Shown piece after piece: positions 26,087-35,732 of a stretch of 52,785 nt of DNA (positions are counted from its first letter, which is position 1; each line of letters begins with the position of its first letter). The notes under the pieces are model-generated. The model searched no databases. It had not been told where the DNA came from and worked only from the letters and a program-made list of their open reading frames with translations. Source of the DNA: a virus (taxonomy: Duplodnaviria > Caudoviricetes); the IMG/VR virus record IMGVR_UViG_3300048837_000489, positions 1-52,785 of that record. One strand, 5' to 3'. The position numbers and the translations under genes are program-made.

Positions 26087-26240
26087 TTAATTCGGTCGAA
26101 TGACTGGTTCGCTCGATAACATCACTCCCTCCCCCTTGCACTTCGGGTAGGCGAAAGGGAATCCGCCGATTGTGTCTACTGCCATCATCTCACCTCAAAA
26201 ACGCGGCCTCCTTGCCGCTCTGACACAGGTTGAACCCCTG

Positions 26241-26588
26241 TCACTCGTCCTCAAAATGCTGTGCCAGGTCGTCTACGTGAATTTTCACCGCTGGCTTCTT
26301 CTCATCACTGGCTGACTCATGAATCGCTCGCCCCAGGCTGATAAACGCTTTGCGGTCCTGCCTGTGCTGCTTCGTCGTTAGCTGCATGTAAGCGATAAAT
26401 TCCGCCATCAGTGCCGTTTGGGCCTGAAACCACTTCACCTGTTCAGCAAACCATGAAGCGATGAGAGGCTTCACAAACGCCCACGCAGCACGCACTGCAA
26501 GACCAACACCGATAATAGTGACCACCACGATAAAGACGGCAAGTCCTGTCGTGGTGATAAATCGTTCTGCTTCTGTCCATGTTGGCAT
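26241..26588 (-). CDS. Membrane protein, holin candidate
   Basis: One long transmembrane segment plus a helical tail, in the putative lysis region. Confidence 0.55.
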   Translation of the reverse strand: MPTWTEAERFITTTGLAVFIVVVTIIGVGLAVRAAWAFVKPLIASWFAEQVKWFQAQTALMAEFIAYMQLTTKQHRQDRKAFISLGRAIHESASDEKKPAVKIHVDDLAQHFEDE

Positions 26589-26744
26589 TTCATTGGTCTC
26601 AACTTTCTAAGCGGCCCCATGCCGGCCAGAGAGTTATCTTCGTGTCCATCGCTCATGCACCCACTTGGCCAGCATCGCCAACAGGCCAATGGAGCCTGTC
26701 ACGAGGCCGATGATTGCTCCGGCTAGTAGGATGCCTGCCATTGG

Positions 26745-27131
26745 TTATTTCCACAGACTCCACACGCATTCATGCTGCACAATGTACATGTCCAGCGTGC
26801 TCCGGTCAGTCGTTTGCCAAAATGAAATGTTCTTGTAGTACCGCCCCCACTGAATCGTCCAATGCCATTCATCGTTGCCAATCATCACCGCCGTTTCGCT
26901 CACCCACAGCAGCCTTACCTCTTGTGCTCGTGATCGCTGATAACTTTCCAGTCTCCGAACCTTCCGCATGAGAATTAGCCTGTCCCAGTCGAGCACCTCG
27001 ATTCGCTTCTGTTGCCTCTGCTGCTCCTTCTCAATGCTGATTTGTCCTGCCGTGTTCACCGCGATTCCGAGACCACAGCACACGATTGCGACCCATGCGA
27101 ATTGTTCGCGTAGGGTCACTGCGTCACCCAT
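26745..27131 (-). CDS. Membrane-anchored hypothetical protein
   Basis: N-terminal TM helix followed by a short coiled coil. Confidence 0.5.
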   Translation of the reverse strand: MGDAVTLREQFAWVAIVCCGLGIAVNTAGQISIEKEQQRQQKRIEVLDWDRLILMRKVRRLESYQRSRAQEVRLLWVSETAVMIGNDEWHWTIQWGRYYKNISFWQTTDRSTLDMYIVQHECVWSLWK

Positions 27132-27265
27132 TCCCCATCGCGCAAGTATCCATGCCAGCCGCACTCCGGCGTGTTGTGATGCACGCTAGGCGTCAAGGTC
27201 GGAGCGTTTTTGCTTCCGTTCCACTTCCAGCTAGGAAAGCCAATACGGTCGTCAATCGGTCCCAT
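27116..27265 (-). CDS. Short DUF6527-like protein
   Basis: WKWNGS..APTLTPSV.....CGWHGYLRDGEW motif; TAATG overlap with the upstream stop. Confidence 0.5.
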   Translation of the reverse strand: MGPIDDRIGFPSWKWNGSKNAPTLTPSVHHNTPECGWHGYLRDGEWVTQ

Positions 27266-27723
27266 TACCGCCTCCGTCCAAAAATTCCCACCCGCCCGCG
27301 TGACGTGCTGCAATTCCCGCCCACGCAATAGCCGCTGGCCTGGGGTTGAACTATTCGGTAATTCCGAATAGTTGCCGCTGGTTGAGTTGTTGCAGATTTC
27401 GCAACTGCCTTCACCTCAAACTGCTCCACCTTCGCGGCGAGTTCGTAGTAGCGACCGGCTAGGGCGGCGTGTTCGAGTTCGAGTTCTTGGAGGCGGGCTT
27501 GTAGGGTTGGGTCGCATTGGCAGGGTGCCGCCGTAGCAGGAGCAGGCGAGGCGGTGCGTGCCTCATTGCTTACCTGCTCCTGCTGCGGCGCGGTTGCGGC
27601 AAGAGATTCCACCACCTGCACCGGCTGCGCGTTTGCGTTGGCTTTCGGTTTGTCGCCGAGCGAGACCAGAGCGATTGGCGCGGCGATCAGTGCGGTGAGT
27701 GTGATTAGTTGGCGAGCGGTCAT
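27265..27723 (-). CDS. Secreted/membrane-anchored protein with a coiled coil and a CxGGxC...GIFGRRR tail
   Basis: Signal-like N-terminus, coiled coil and Cys-containing C-terminus. Confidence 0.6.
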   Translation of the reverse strand: MTARQLITLTALIAAPIALVSLGDKPKANANAQPVQVVESLAATAPQQEQVSNEARTASPAPATAAPCQCDPTLQARLQELELEHAALAGRYYELAAKVEQFEVKAVAKSATTQPAATIRNYRIVQPQASGYCVGGNCSTSRGRVGIFGRRR

Positions 27724-27726
27724 TGG

Positions 27727-28512
27727 TTAGGCTCCTGCGATAAAGTTTGGTACCACGACTGACCGACAAGCAAACGCCCAGCCGGCCGACATGCTCATCT
27801 GACGCAACGTGTCGTAGCCGAATCCGTTATCTCCCCAGTTCCCCCAGGAATTTGCATACTTGGCAACGAGCGAACCGCTTCGATACAGGGGACGACAATA
27901 GCAAATCGAATGCCCTTGACGACCGACTACAACGGGATGACGGTTGAGAAGCGCGCTCATCATTTCAGCGAGCGAGCGAACCACGGTCCATTCCGTCACG
28001 CGGAATTGTTTAGCGATGCCCTCGAATCCCTCCGGTCGCGGCTGGCGAAATCCGGTGTTCGCCATGACCACAGATCCGAACCGCGCGCGGTTGGCCTCAT
28101 CGTCCAGTGGACACGCGCCATGATCGGCGAGTCGTTTGAGTCCATCACTCACCATCGCGCCGCTGCTTGGCGAGCGACCGATGAATTGATACACGCTGAT
28201 CGCGGAGAGATGCGTCACGCGGTCCAGGCCGAACTGCAAGGCCTGCCGAACTTCATGCGATTGGCAAGTTGCATTCGCAACGCAAGAGCCTTCCTGGCCC
28301 TGATTGTAAATGCGCGTGACGAGCGCATCCGCGCCGCTGTTGTTCGCGTCGATCTCTGTAATGCGGTCTCTCCACTCCGATTCGGGAATCATGTCTCCTG
28401 CGTAGTCGCCGTAAGTCGCATACCGCGAGACATCGCCGATAGATTCGTAGCCCGGCACGTACTGCGGCTGGCGCGTGAAATCGACATCTAGGAATTGGTC
28501 AATAGGGTTCAT
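27727..28512 (-). CDS. Papain-like (C1) cysteine peptidase
   Basis: NQGQEGSCVANA (Q, C), GHSI (H) and ANSWGNWGDNGFGY (N). Confidence 0.88.
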   Translation of the reverse strand: MNPIDQFLDVDFTRQPQYVPGYESIGDVSRYATYGDYAGDMIPESEWRDRITEIDANNSGADALVTRIYNQGQEGSCVANATCQSHEVRQALQFGLDRVTHLSAISVYQFIGRSPSSGAMVSDGLKRLADHGACPLDDEANRARFGSVVMANTGFRQPRPEGFEGIAKQFRVTEWTVVRSLAEMMSALLNRHPVVVGRQGHSICYCRPLYRSGSLVAKYANSWGNWGDNGFGYDTLRQMSMSAGWAFACRSVVVPNFIAGA

Positions 28513-29114
28513 TCGTGCGCCCTCACGATTTCCAGAATTGTTTGCGATGTCGCACTTGCGGGGAGTTGCTCCGCATCCAGGATTTTGCCGCGCTCATCGC
28601 TGATGATGATTGCAGGCTGCTGTCGTCCTGGGAATTTCTCTCGCCATGGATTGAGCGCCGGCGATGGCGCGCCACTCGCGTCAACGGCCTCCGGGTCGAG
28701 AATGAGTAGCTTGTGCGATTTGCTGCGGAGGTAATCGGCCGCTGCGCCTTTGCGGAGTTGTACGAGCGCGGAGTCCAGTGTGGTGTTCGTGTCTGCATCA
28801 GATTCGGCGACGATCAAGATATTGCGAGGCCCGTGGTCAACCGGCACAATCACCGGCACGTCAGGCAGCCAGCGAAGCCACGCGCGCCAATCCACCGGCA
28901 GCCCACCGCGCCCGACAACCACGCCGATGAGTAGGCCGACGGCGAAGGTCATCAGCCACCAGCGGTCTAGACTCACGCCGCCCGCGCCGCTGCGAATACG
29001 CGCCCAGCACGAGCGCGCAAGCGTGATCGCAGACGACGCGGCGGCGCGAGCATTGGCGGCAGCCATGCCGCCTAGTGCGAGGACCACGACGAGAAGGGTG
29101 AACCAGTCGGACAT
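28509..29114 (-). CDS. Membrane protein with a possible thioredoxin-like C-terminal fold
   Basis: Two hydrophobic segments, then an alpha/beta domain (QPAIIISDERGKIL). Confidence 0.55.
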   Translation of the reverse strand: MSDWFTLLVVVLALGGMAAANARAAASSAITLARSCWARIRSGAGGVSLDRWWLMTFAVGLLIGVVVGRGGLPVDWRAWLRWLPDVPVIVPVDHGPRNILIVAESDADTNTTLDSALVQLRKGAAADYLRSKSHKLLILDPEAVDASGAPSPALNPWREKFPGRQQPAIIISDERGKILDAEQLPASATSQTILEIVRAHE

Positions 29115-29118
29115 GAGA

Positions 29119-29433
29119 CTAGCTCCCCATGTAGAGCGCTCGAATCCCCTGCTCGCACAAGGCCCACAATTGCTCCTTGATCGCTTCGGGAACCGCGATG
29201 GGCAAACGACCGATGGCGAAGTCGAAAGCCAGCTTGGCGGCGAACAGGACCGTGTTGAGTTGCACGTAGTCCTTGATGGAAGCAACCCGCGTTTTGATTT
29301 GGTCCACGATGGGCAGGCCGAGTGCCATCGCGTCCGGCTCGCCACCGGCTGCGGCGTAGGCTACCGCTGGGTCGTCGCCCTCAAATGGCTGGCGGAGATA
29401 ATCGCAAACTTCTGCGTCGGAATTGAAAACCAT
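29119..29433 (-). CDS. Hypothetical protein, first gene of the late operon
   Basis: ATG at 29433 with AAGGTG upstream. Confidence 0.6.
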   Translation of the reverse strand: MVFNSDAEVCDYLRQPFEGDDPAVAYAAAGGEPDAMALGLPIVDQIKTRVASIKDYVQLNTVLFAAKLAFDFAIGRLPIAVPEAIKEQLWALCEQGIRALYMGS

Positions 29434-29460
29434 TGCCGCACCTTTGGAAAAGCACCAACG

Positions 29461-29499
29461 AAAAAAGCCCACCGAGAAGCTAGGTGCTCCTTGGTGGGC
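29461..29499 (-). terminator. Intrinsic terminator in the late leader
   Basis: GCCCACCAAGGAGC-ACCTA-GCTTCTCGGTGGGC followed by T6. Confidence 0.75.
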
Positions 29500-29557
29500 A
29501 AAGACTTGAAACGCTCGCCGGATTATGGATTCGCGGGGCAGGTCCGCCGCTGGGGGT

Positions 29558-29587
29558 ATTATGCGGGTGGCGGGGGGCTGTTGTCAA
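29558..29587 (-). promoter_or_regulatory. Sigma70-type promoter (putative late promoter)
   Basis: TTGACA (29587-29582), 18-nt spacer, CATAAT (29563-29558). Confidence 0.7.
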
Positions 29588-29596
29588 GTTTGGCGG

Positions 29597-29821
29597 TTAG
29601 CCGCCTAGTTTATCAACCAGCGCTTGCAGCTTCTTTGCGTCCACTCGATCCGCGACCACCAACGCCATCAGATTGGTCAATGGTTGCGCGATTTCGTGTT
29701 TGATTGGACCGTCGCATGAAAAAATGCCACCTGACTTGCACGCGAACGCAAAAAGCCCTAGCCCTTCACGCTTCGCAATGTCTGCCTGCTCTCTCGTTGT
29801 TTGTGCTTTCACCATCTTCAC
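29597..29821 (-). CDS. Hypothetical protein
   Basis: GTGA-coupled small ORF. Confidence 0.55.
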   Translation of the reverse strand: MKMVKAQTTREQADIAKREGLGLFAFACKSGGIFSCDGPIKHEIAQPLTNLMALVVADRVDAKKLQALVDKLGG

Positions 29822-30021
29822 ACATCCTCCAAAATAACCCGTAACCGCCCCCTATCCCCCACCCGCACCGTGCAGTGGTCGGGAGCCTTGACGAGGTAAC
29901 GAAACTCTCTGCCGTCCTCGATGAAGTCGATCACCACCGCGCCTAGGACGTTGGGCGGGATGACGATGCGGAGATTGTGCCGCACCGTGCCGGTGGGTTG
30001 GGGTTGGTCCGAGTCGGTCAT
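29818..30021 (-). CDS. Hypothetical protein
   Basis: 67 aa beta-rich ORF. Confidence 0.55.
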   Translation of the reverse strand: MTDSDQPQPTGTVRHNLRIVIPPNVLGAVVIDFIEDGREFRYLVKAPDHCTVRVGDRGRLRVILEDV

Positions 30022-30049
30022 GCGAAGCCTTTCGCGATGGGGGTTCCTA

Positions 30050-30670
30050 TTAGCTCTCGTCGCCGTATAAGTCCTCTAAATCCTCTTGCAAGTCCTCAAC
30101 CAAACTTTCCAGGCCGCCGATCTCGCTGTTGGCTGCGGCTAGTTCCTCGCGCAAGCGTTCGATTTCCCAGTGCTGCTTATCGAGTGCGTCAGCGGCGGTC
30201 TGGTTCTCCGCTCGCAGCTTCGCAATCTCCGCGTCCTTGGTGGCTAGCTTAGTACATAGCGATTCAACGACATCGCCAATTGCAGGGACGCCGTAACTGT
30301 CGCCGTAAGCTGCGAGCTGCCCTAAGTGCTTGACCGCCATCGCTCTGCATTCACTAATCGCCTCACAGTCCTTGGCAACAATTCTTTGCCACTTCGCTTT
30401 CTCCTCCTCCAACTCCCGCTCGCGTGCGGCGATTGCGGCGGCGTGGTTCGCGGCATAAACGATGAAGGCAGCGTCGTGTCCGTGTACGGGAACATCGGCG
30501 TATTTCTGCCTGCCAACCCGATCGCAGCCTATTGGGCATCGCACCCGTGCTAAGTCGTAATGACCGATGAATCCATATCGCTCCCAATACGTTCCGGTTG
30601 CCTTCGCTCGCAGTTCGGCTAGTCGCTGTGCTTGGCTCATGGGGTTCCTTTGGTTGTCGGTCTGGCTCAT
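30050..30670 (-). CDS. Coiled-coil hypothetical protein (Ead/Ea22-like mosaic)
   Basis: DAAFIVYAAN motif followed by heptad repeats; ATG at 30670. Confidence 0.6.
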   Translation of the reverse strand: MSQTDNQRNPMSQAQRLAELRAKATGTYWERYGFIGHYDLARVRCPIGCDRVGRQKYADVPVHGHDAAFIVYAANHAAAIAARERELEEEKAKWQRIVAKDCEAISECRAMAVKHLGQLAAYGDSYGVPAIGDVVESLCTKLATKDAEIAKLRAENQTAADALDKQHWEIERLREELAAANSEIGGLESLVEDLQEDLEDLYGDES

Positions 30671-30749
30671 TCGGTCCTCGCTTTCTCGGTTTCCCAAAAA
30701 TCTCAAAATCCAAAAACTCCGTACCGCCCCCTCTTCCCCACTCCGAAAA

Positions 30750-31253
30750 TCATACCGCTTCACGTTCGCCAGAATCGCTCCTAACGAGCGCCGCCGCTTC
30801 ACCCTCCAATCTGTCGCGCTCGGCCGCCGCGTGCCGCCAGCAATCGCGTAGGGGCTGCCAGGAGTGAGATGGCGCCGGGTCACCGCGGATCTCACCACCT
30901 GGCAGCACTTCGACGCCGGCCGTCACAATCGCCCACCGTTCGCCGACGATTCGCCTGGACGGCGCCGGGTGGCACTGCTCGCACTTCTTCACGCCGTCGC
31001 GGTAGATCGACTCCCAGGCGAGCGGACAACCGCAGGTGGGGCAGGGGCCGATTTCGTCCGGCTCGCGAGGAGCGGCCAGTTCAGTGATCGCTAACTTTTC
31101 GCCAGGCACCCGCGGAACTTTTCGCGCGGCGGGGACGGCGGGTTGTGGCGCGGTCGACATCACCGGCAAAGGAGCTTCCAGGGGAGGATCCACCGGCGGC
31201 GAATTTCCACTGTTTAAGTTTTGCTTAGCAATTAGTTTAGAAAGGCTTCCCAT
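30750..31253 (-). CDS. Hypothetical zinc-finger protein
   Basis: CPTC...W...CEQCHP. Confidence 0.6.
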   Translation of the reverse strand: MGSLSKLIAKQNLNSGNSPPVDPPLEAPLPVMSTAPQPAVPAARKVPRVPGEKLAITELAAPREPDEIGPCPTCGCPLAWESIYRDGVKKCEQCHPAPSRRIVGERWAIVTAGVEVLPGGEIRGDPAPSHSWQPLRDCWRHAAAERDRLEGEAAALVRSDSGEREAV

Positions 31254-31392
31254 TGCATTTAGTCCCTGGTCCTAGTGATTTCAACTACCAACGGGCCTAG
31301 TGAGTATGTGCATAGTTACTATAGGGGTGCATATACCCCTTATTATGTATTCTTTTTCTTTCTTCTTGTTACTACTTCCAATAATGGATAAA

Positions 31393-31567
31393 AACTAGGG
31401 ACAACTAGGACCACATGTTGGTATCAAAGGACTTACGTCGATTCGATAACTAGGGACTAACTAGGGACTAACCGGGGACAACTAGGGACAGTTTGTGTTC
31501 CAACTATCGGCGCTTAAATTTCTGTTGCAAGGCGTGTCCCTAGTTTGTCCCTAGTTAGGTCCTAGTT
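31393..31567. repeat. Iteron-like array AACTAGGGAC(A/T), direct and inverted; candidate replication origin
   Basis: Direct copies at 31393, 31448, 31459 and 31480, with variants at 31403 and 31470. Inverted copies at 31535 and 31546, with a variant at 31557. An AT-rich tract lies to the left. Confidence 0.8.
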
Positions 31568-32503
31568 GGTCTTTTGGCCATTTCGAAGCTCTACGAGGCG
31601 TTTTTTAACCTCATTGTGGACCATTTCAGCATCAAACTTGAACGCTTCAGGGATTGCCTGATTGATGACGTCGCGTTCGAAAATCACCTTGATTCCTTGG
31701 GTCGAGAAATACTCCACGAAGGTGGCTTCGTCGACTCCGATCCCGGTGTAATCGCGGGTGAACAGAACGTTCGATTTGGAGCGCCGCATCTGCCGGAGAA
31801 TAGCCGGATAGTCGTCGCCGACTTCGGGTTTAATTTCGATGCGGAGGCGGTATTTATTGCGCCAGATCATATCTCTAAAAGAGCGTAAATACTGACCTTC
31901 CCAACTGTCATATGAAGTCCACGATCCATCGCAATGCTGTTTCTTACATTCCCTGGCGTATGTAAAGCCAGCTCCAATTACTTCAAATTCGACGTCTGTT
32001 CCTCCTATCTCAAATTCAGGTGAAGATGATTTGAATTCATGAAGCACGACCTGAATATCGCATTTCTTACCCTCAGATTTTCCAATGGCAGCCCATTGGT
32101 GATTGCCAGATAGGTCAGCTTGAAATGTCATCCCTAATTTTACTTCAACATTGCGCATGTCATTGGCTGCAAATTCACACGCGCTCAACATCCCATCTTC
32201 GCTGGCGAAATCGTTGAACGTCGACTTGATCGCCAGTGCGAACTTCTGACGAAAATCAGCGCTTAAAAACTTCGCCTGCATCTCATTGGACTCTGGCGTC
32301 TCGCTTGGCTCGCCAAAGTTGTTGATGATCACCTGATAGACGTTCTGGTATTTCTGCCGCATCTCTGGCTGCGACATGAACCACTCGCAATAGGACGGAT
32401 CCTGGAGCATGGCCTCGATCGGTTTGCCACGGTACTTTCCAAACGGGACGATGGCACCGCCAGATTGTTGCGGCCGGTCTTCTGGTCCAAATTCAATTGG
32501 CAT
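31562..32503 (-). CDS. DUF3820-like N-terminal domain plus a possible PD-(D/E)XK-like domain
   Basis: PFGKYRGKPIE...DPSYCEW; EFE...TDV...IEIKPEVGDDYP..LRQM. Confidence 0.6.
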   Translation of the reverse strand: MPIEFGPEDRPQQSGGAIVPFGKYRGKPIEAMLQDPSYCEWFMSQPEMRQKYQNVYQVIINNFGEPSETPESNEMQAKFLSADFRQKFALAIKSTFNDFASEDGMLSACEFAANDMRNVEVKLGMTFQADLSGNHQWAAIGKSEGKKCDIQVVLHEFKSSSPEFEIGGTDVEFEVIGAGFTYARECKKQHCDGSWTSYDSWEGQYLRSFRDMIWRNKYRLRIEIKPEVGDDYPAILRQMRRSKSNVLFTRDYTGIGVDEATFVEYFSTQGIKVIFERDVINQAIPEAFKFDAEMVHNEVKKRLVELRNGQKTN

Positions 32504-35192
32504 TGAAAAGCTCCTTTTGTTCTTCGAATGTGGAAACGTCAATCTCTTCACCTTCCTCTGATGCGGATCCTGGACGGATGCCGGTGTAGGCATACTGACG
32601 AGTGCCGTCCGAGAATCGCAGCCTCTTCCGTTCAGAGTGCTTGAAATGCTTCTTTAGCTCCTTGCCGAACGTGCCGTCGCTGACTGGCCTATAGCCGTTT
32701 TCGGTGGCCCAGCCCTTGTACTGATCGAAGATCGTATTGCAGCCCACCCAGCAACTATCTTTGGGCCCGGCTGTGTAATTTGTCTGGAGGAATAGCTTTG
32801 TGGGATTCATTTCGAGCCTGTAGGAATTGGTGGCGTCCATGATCACCTTGGACTCTGAAAACTTTCGCTGCTGAAGCAATCGCGCGAGCCCTACCACCGC
32901 CCAGTTGAACACCCCCGGAAGCTCGCCAGACTGCTCCCACCATCGCGTTTTATCCATGCCAATGATCTTCTCATCGTCCTCAATGGTGACGCGCCAGGGC
33001 ATGCAGATCATTCGCCGCCAAAGTCCGAACGTCTTATCGCTGAATCGTGGCCGGGAGTTTCCAGAGAGGACGAGCCGGGCGTAGGGTGTGCATTCAATCG
33101 GGCTTAGGTTTTTCCGGTTGAACGTCATCGGATCGCCGCTGGTCATCGCCTTCAGTTTACCTTCGGCGGCGTTGTCAATCTCCGAACATTCGTTAGAAAA
33201 ATTGAGCAGTCGACCAAGTAGATTCCCTAGCATGAATTCACTGTTGAAATCCTCCAGGCTTACATGCGAGCAATTGCTCTTGCCGATCATGGCTTCCATG
33301 ACTGCCAGAGCGACGGACTTGCCGTTAGATCCTTCGCCCTCCATGAAAAGAAACTTCTGATAATCGGTCGACGGAATGAGGCAATATCCGAACCACTCTT
33401 GAAGAACCGCAATTCGCTCGCGATCGTCCTCCAAGTTCCTCTTTAGGAATGCTTCCCATTGAGGGCATTCCGCGTCCAGGCTGTATTCGTAAGGCAGGCA
33501 GACGGTTGAGAACCAGTCTGACGTGTGTGGGCGAAGTTCGTCTTCTTCGTCAGCAAGAAGGGCTCCCAGGTCCAGGATCCCGTTCTTCATCGCGATCCAC
33601 TGAGGCTGCTGGCTTCCAGAGCGTCGACCACTGCTGTCGATGAGCGAATTGAGTTCGATTTCACTGCTAAGAATCTGCATGCTGGATGTGGCCTGAATTA
33701 CGTTTGCCACTATGTCTCGCGTCACCTTACGGGCTTCGGGCCGTGGTTTCGGCTTCCCGCTTTTGTCCGTTTCTTCATCTTGCTTTTGTCGGCTTTTCTC
33801 CCATGCCATTTGTGCTAGTATGTTGGCGCGGTTGAATTCCTCCTTAACGGATCCAGAAATCTTGGCGGCGAATTCTTTTGGGGAGATCTTACGATAGCGA
33901 TTTGCTTTGTAGACATACCATTCCTCCCGCCAATATCTAATTGTGCCGCCGTCCGTGAGTGCCGCATAGCGTTCGAGGTTGGCGACGGCCAGGCGGTGTG
34001 GATCGTCGATCGCTTCGTTTGGGGTGAGGTCGGTTTCAAAATCCTCGGAGTTGGTCGACCCGGGCCCGGGCAATTCCGCCGCGGGAACTTCGGGCGCCAC
34101 TTCCGCTAGCCGGAGCAATTCCGCGAAAACGTCCACCCGATCCTGGGCGAAGTCTCGCAGATCCTTGCCGTGGTTCTTCTCGATTTGGTAGGGGAGTTCC
34201 GGGACGCGAGAGGTGGTCGCGCGCGAAGCAATCCAGTTTCCCCAACCTGGATGGAAGTCATCGGCGTCGTCCGTGTAGCCACTCGCGCCACGTTGGCCAG
34301 GGATGTCGGCGTCGTGGAGGGTGTAGGCGTGGCGACCGGCGAAAAGCTCGAGCATCCAGGGGAGTGGCTTCTCCCCGGCGCCGTTCGCGTTTGTGATGGC
34401 GGCGTGGCCGGCGGCGATTGAATTGGTGTCCCGCTCGAGCGAATAGAACGTGAGGAGGTCGGTGATTCCCTCGAGCTTCCAGAGGTGGGTGGATTCGGCA
34501 AGGTCGTCGACCGGCCCGAGAATCCCCTGCTGGCTGCCGTAGGTGAGTTTGACTTTCAGGCGTTCAACTGTTTCATACTCGCCCGTTTTGCTGTTTTGCT
34601 TTTTCAGCGGCAGCGTTCCGCCGCGAATATCGTACAGAGCCCACCCCACCGGCTCGGCGGCCGTCAGCTTCTCACCCCATACCGGAATGGCAATCACCTT
34701 ATACTGGCCGCGGTAGAGAGCCTGCCGCGCGTGGCAGCGGATAAGGGCATCCAGGGTGATGGGCGGTTTCGCACGGCAGAAATGGGCGGCGAGCATCGAG
34801 TTGATAGCGGCGTCGAAGCGGAGATCCTTGGCGGGGTCGATACTGGCCTTTCCGTTGCGTCCGGTACCAGCTCCCGAATTCCCTCCACCCTGGCAGCCCA
34901 AATGCTCCGCAACTCTCCGCAGCGTCTCCTTCGCATCCCACCCGCAGAGCGATTGCAGCAACGCGAACCCGTCGCCGAATTTCCCGCACTGGTTGCAGAT
35001 TCCGCCGCCGCCGTCGTCCAGGTTAGTCCACCGCCAGCGATCGGTCCCGCCGCATTTCGGACAGGGACCGTGGCGGCCAGTGAGGTAGTCGGAAGAGACG
35101 TGTGCGAGCGCGGAGAGGATTTCCACCCATCGCCCGGCGGCGCGTCCCTTGACGTAGGCGAATGAGCGGTCTGGATTGGGCTTCCGGGCCAT
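32493..35192 (-). CDS. P4-alpha/D5-type primase-helicase
   Basis: Zinc ribbon HGPCPKCGGTDRW, TOPRIM-like LEGITD...HDAD, D5_N-like MKNGILDL, and SF3 Walker A GEGSNGKS. Confidence 0.9.
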   Translation of the reverse strand: MARKPNPDRSFAYVKGRAAGRWVEILSALAHVSSDYLTGRHGPCPKCGGTDRWRWTNLDDGGGGICNQCGKFGDGFALLQSLCGWDAKETLRRVAEHLGCQGGGNSGAGTGRNGKASIDPAKDLRFDAAINSMLAAHFCRAKPPITLDALIRCHARQALYRGQYKVIAIPVWGEKLTAAEPVGWALYDIRGGTLPLKKQNSKTGEYETVERLKVKLTYGSQQGILGPVDDLAESTHLWKLEGITDLLTFYSLERDTNSIAAGHAAITNANGAGEKPLPWMLELFAGRHAYTLHDADIPGQRGASGYTDDADDFHPGWGNWIASRATTSRVPELPYQIEKNHGKDLRDFAQDRVDVFAELLRLAEVAPEVPAAELPGPGSTNSEDFETDLTPNEAIDDPHRLAVANLERYAALTDGGTIRYWREEWYVYKANRYRKISPKEFAAKISGSVKEEFNRANILAQMAWEKSRQKQDEETDKSGKPKPRPEARKVTRDIVANVIQATSSMQILSSEIELNSLIDSSGRRSGSQQPQWIAMKNGILDLGALLADEEDELRPHTSDWFSTVCLPYEYSLDAECPQWEAFLKRNLEDDRERIAVLQEWFGYCLIPSTDYQKFLFMEGEGSNGKSVALAVMEAMIGKSNCSHVSLEDFNSEFMLGNLLGRLLNFSNECSEIDNAAEGKLKAMTSGDPMTFNRKNLSPIECTPYARLVLSGNSRPRFSDKTFGLWRRMICMPWRVTIEDDEKIIGMDKTRWWEQSGELPGVFNWAVVGLARLLQQRKFSESKVIMDATNSYRLEMNPTKLFLQTNYTAGPKDSCWVGCNTIFDQYKGWATENGYRPVSDGTFGKELKKHFKHSERKRLRFSDGTRQYAYTGIRPGSASEEGEEIDVSTFEEQKELFNAN

Positions 35193-35217
35193 TGCGAGCG
35201 AATCCGTGCGGAGAGAG

Positions 35218-35703
35218 TTAATCTATTACTGCACCAACGATCTTGCTGCGCCAAGAAGCGTTAATGGTTTCCGCTATTCTTGAAGCGCTAAACGCACAGT
35301 AGTCTGCAAACACGCCTTCGATAAATTCGTCTACATCTAAAACGCTTCCACGTTTGTCATACCTGACAACAGGGTCCATTTTGCAATGCAAGCGATTGCT
35401 GTCGATAAAATCAAACAGTTGATTGCTAGGGAAAAACCACTCTCGGTCTTTCTGAACGCGAGAATTTCTAAATCTTTGGTGAAGCGAGAATTCTTTATTT
35501 TGACTTCCCTTGAGAATCAAAAGTATCTCAACTTCCGGCTTGTAAATTCCATGCGGAGTTAAGATTTCTATTTGCTTCAACAGTGATTTAGCACGACTCT
35601 TAAATTGTGCGGACCATCCAATTTTTATTAGTCCGCTTGAAACGTCACGAATGAAATACACGATTCCATTTTCGACGCCATGCTCATTTGTAATCATCCA
35701 CAT
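35218..35703 (-). CDS. GIY-YIG (T5orf172/MUG113-like) domain protein
   Basis: VYFI....LIKIGWS...E..LHQRF.....REWF; AT-rich. Confidence 0.8.
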   Translation of the reverse strand: MWMITNEHGVENGIVYFIRDVSSGLIKIGWSAQFKSRAKSLLKQIEILTPHGIYKPEVEILLILKGSQNKEFSLHQRFRNSRVQKDREWFFPSNQLFDFIDSNRLHCKMDPVVRYDKRGSVLDVDEFIEGVFADYCAFSASRIAETINASWRSKIVGAVID

Positions 35704-35732
35704 TGTTTAGCTTCCTTGCGGGTTCAGGCTGC

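Noticed and set aside
27116-27265. DUF6527-like ORF as part of a bacterial ubiquitin-like system
   Set aside because: It is only 49 aa, and no E1, E2, JAB or Ubl genes are nearby.
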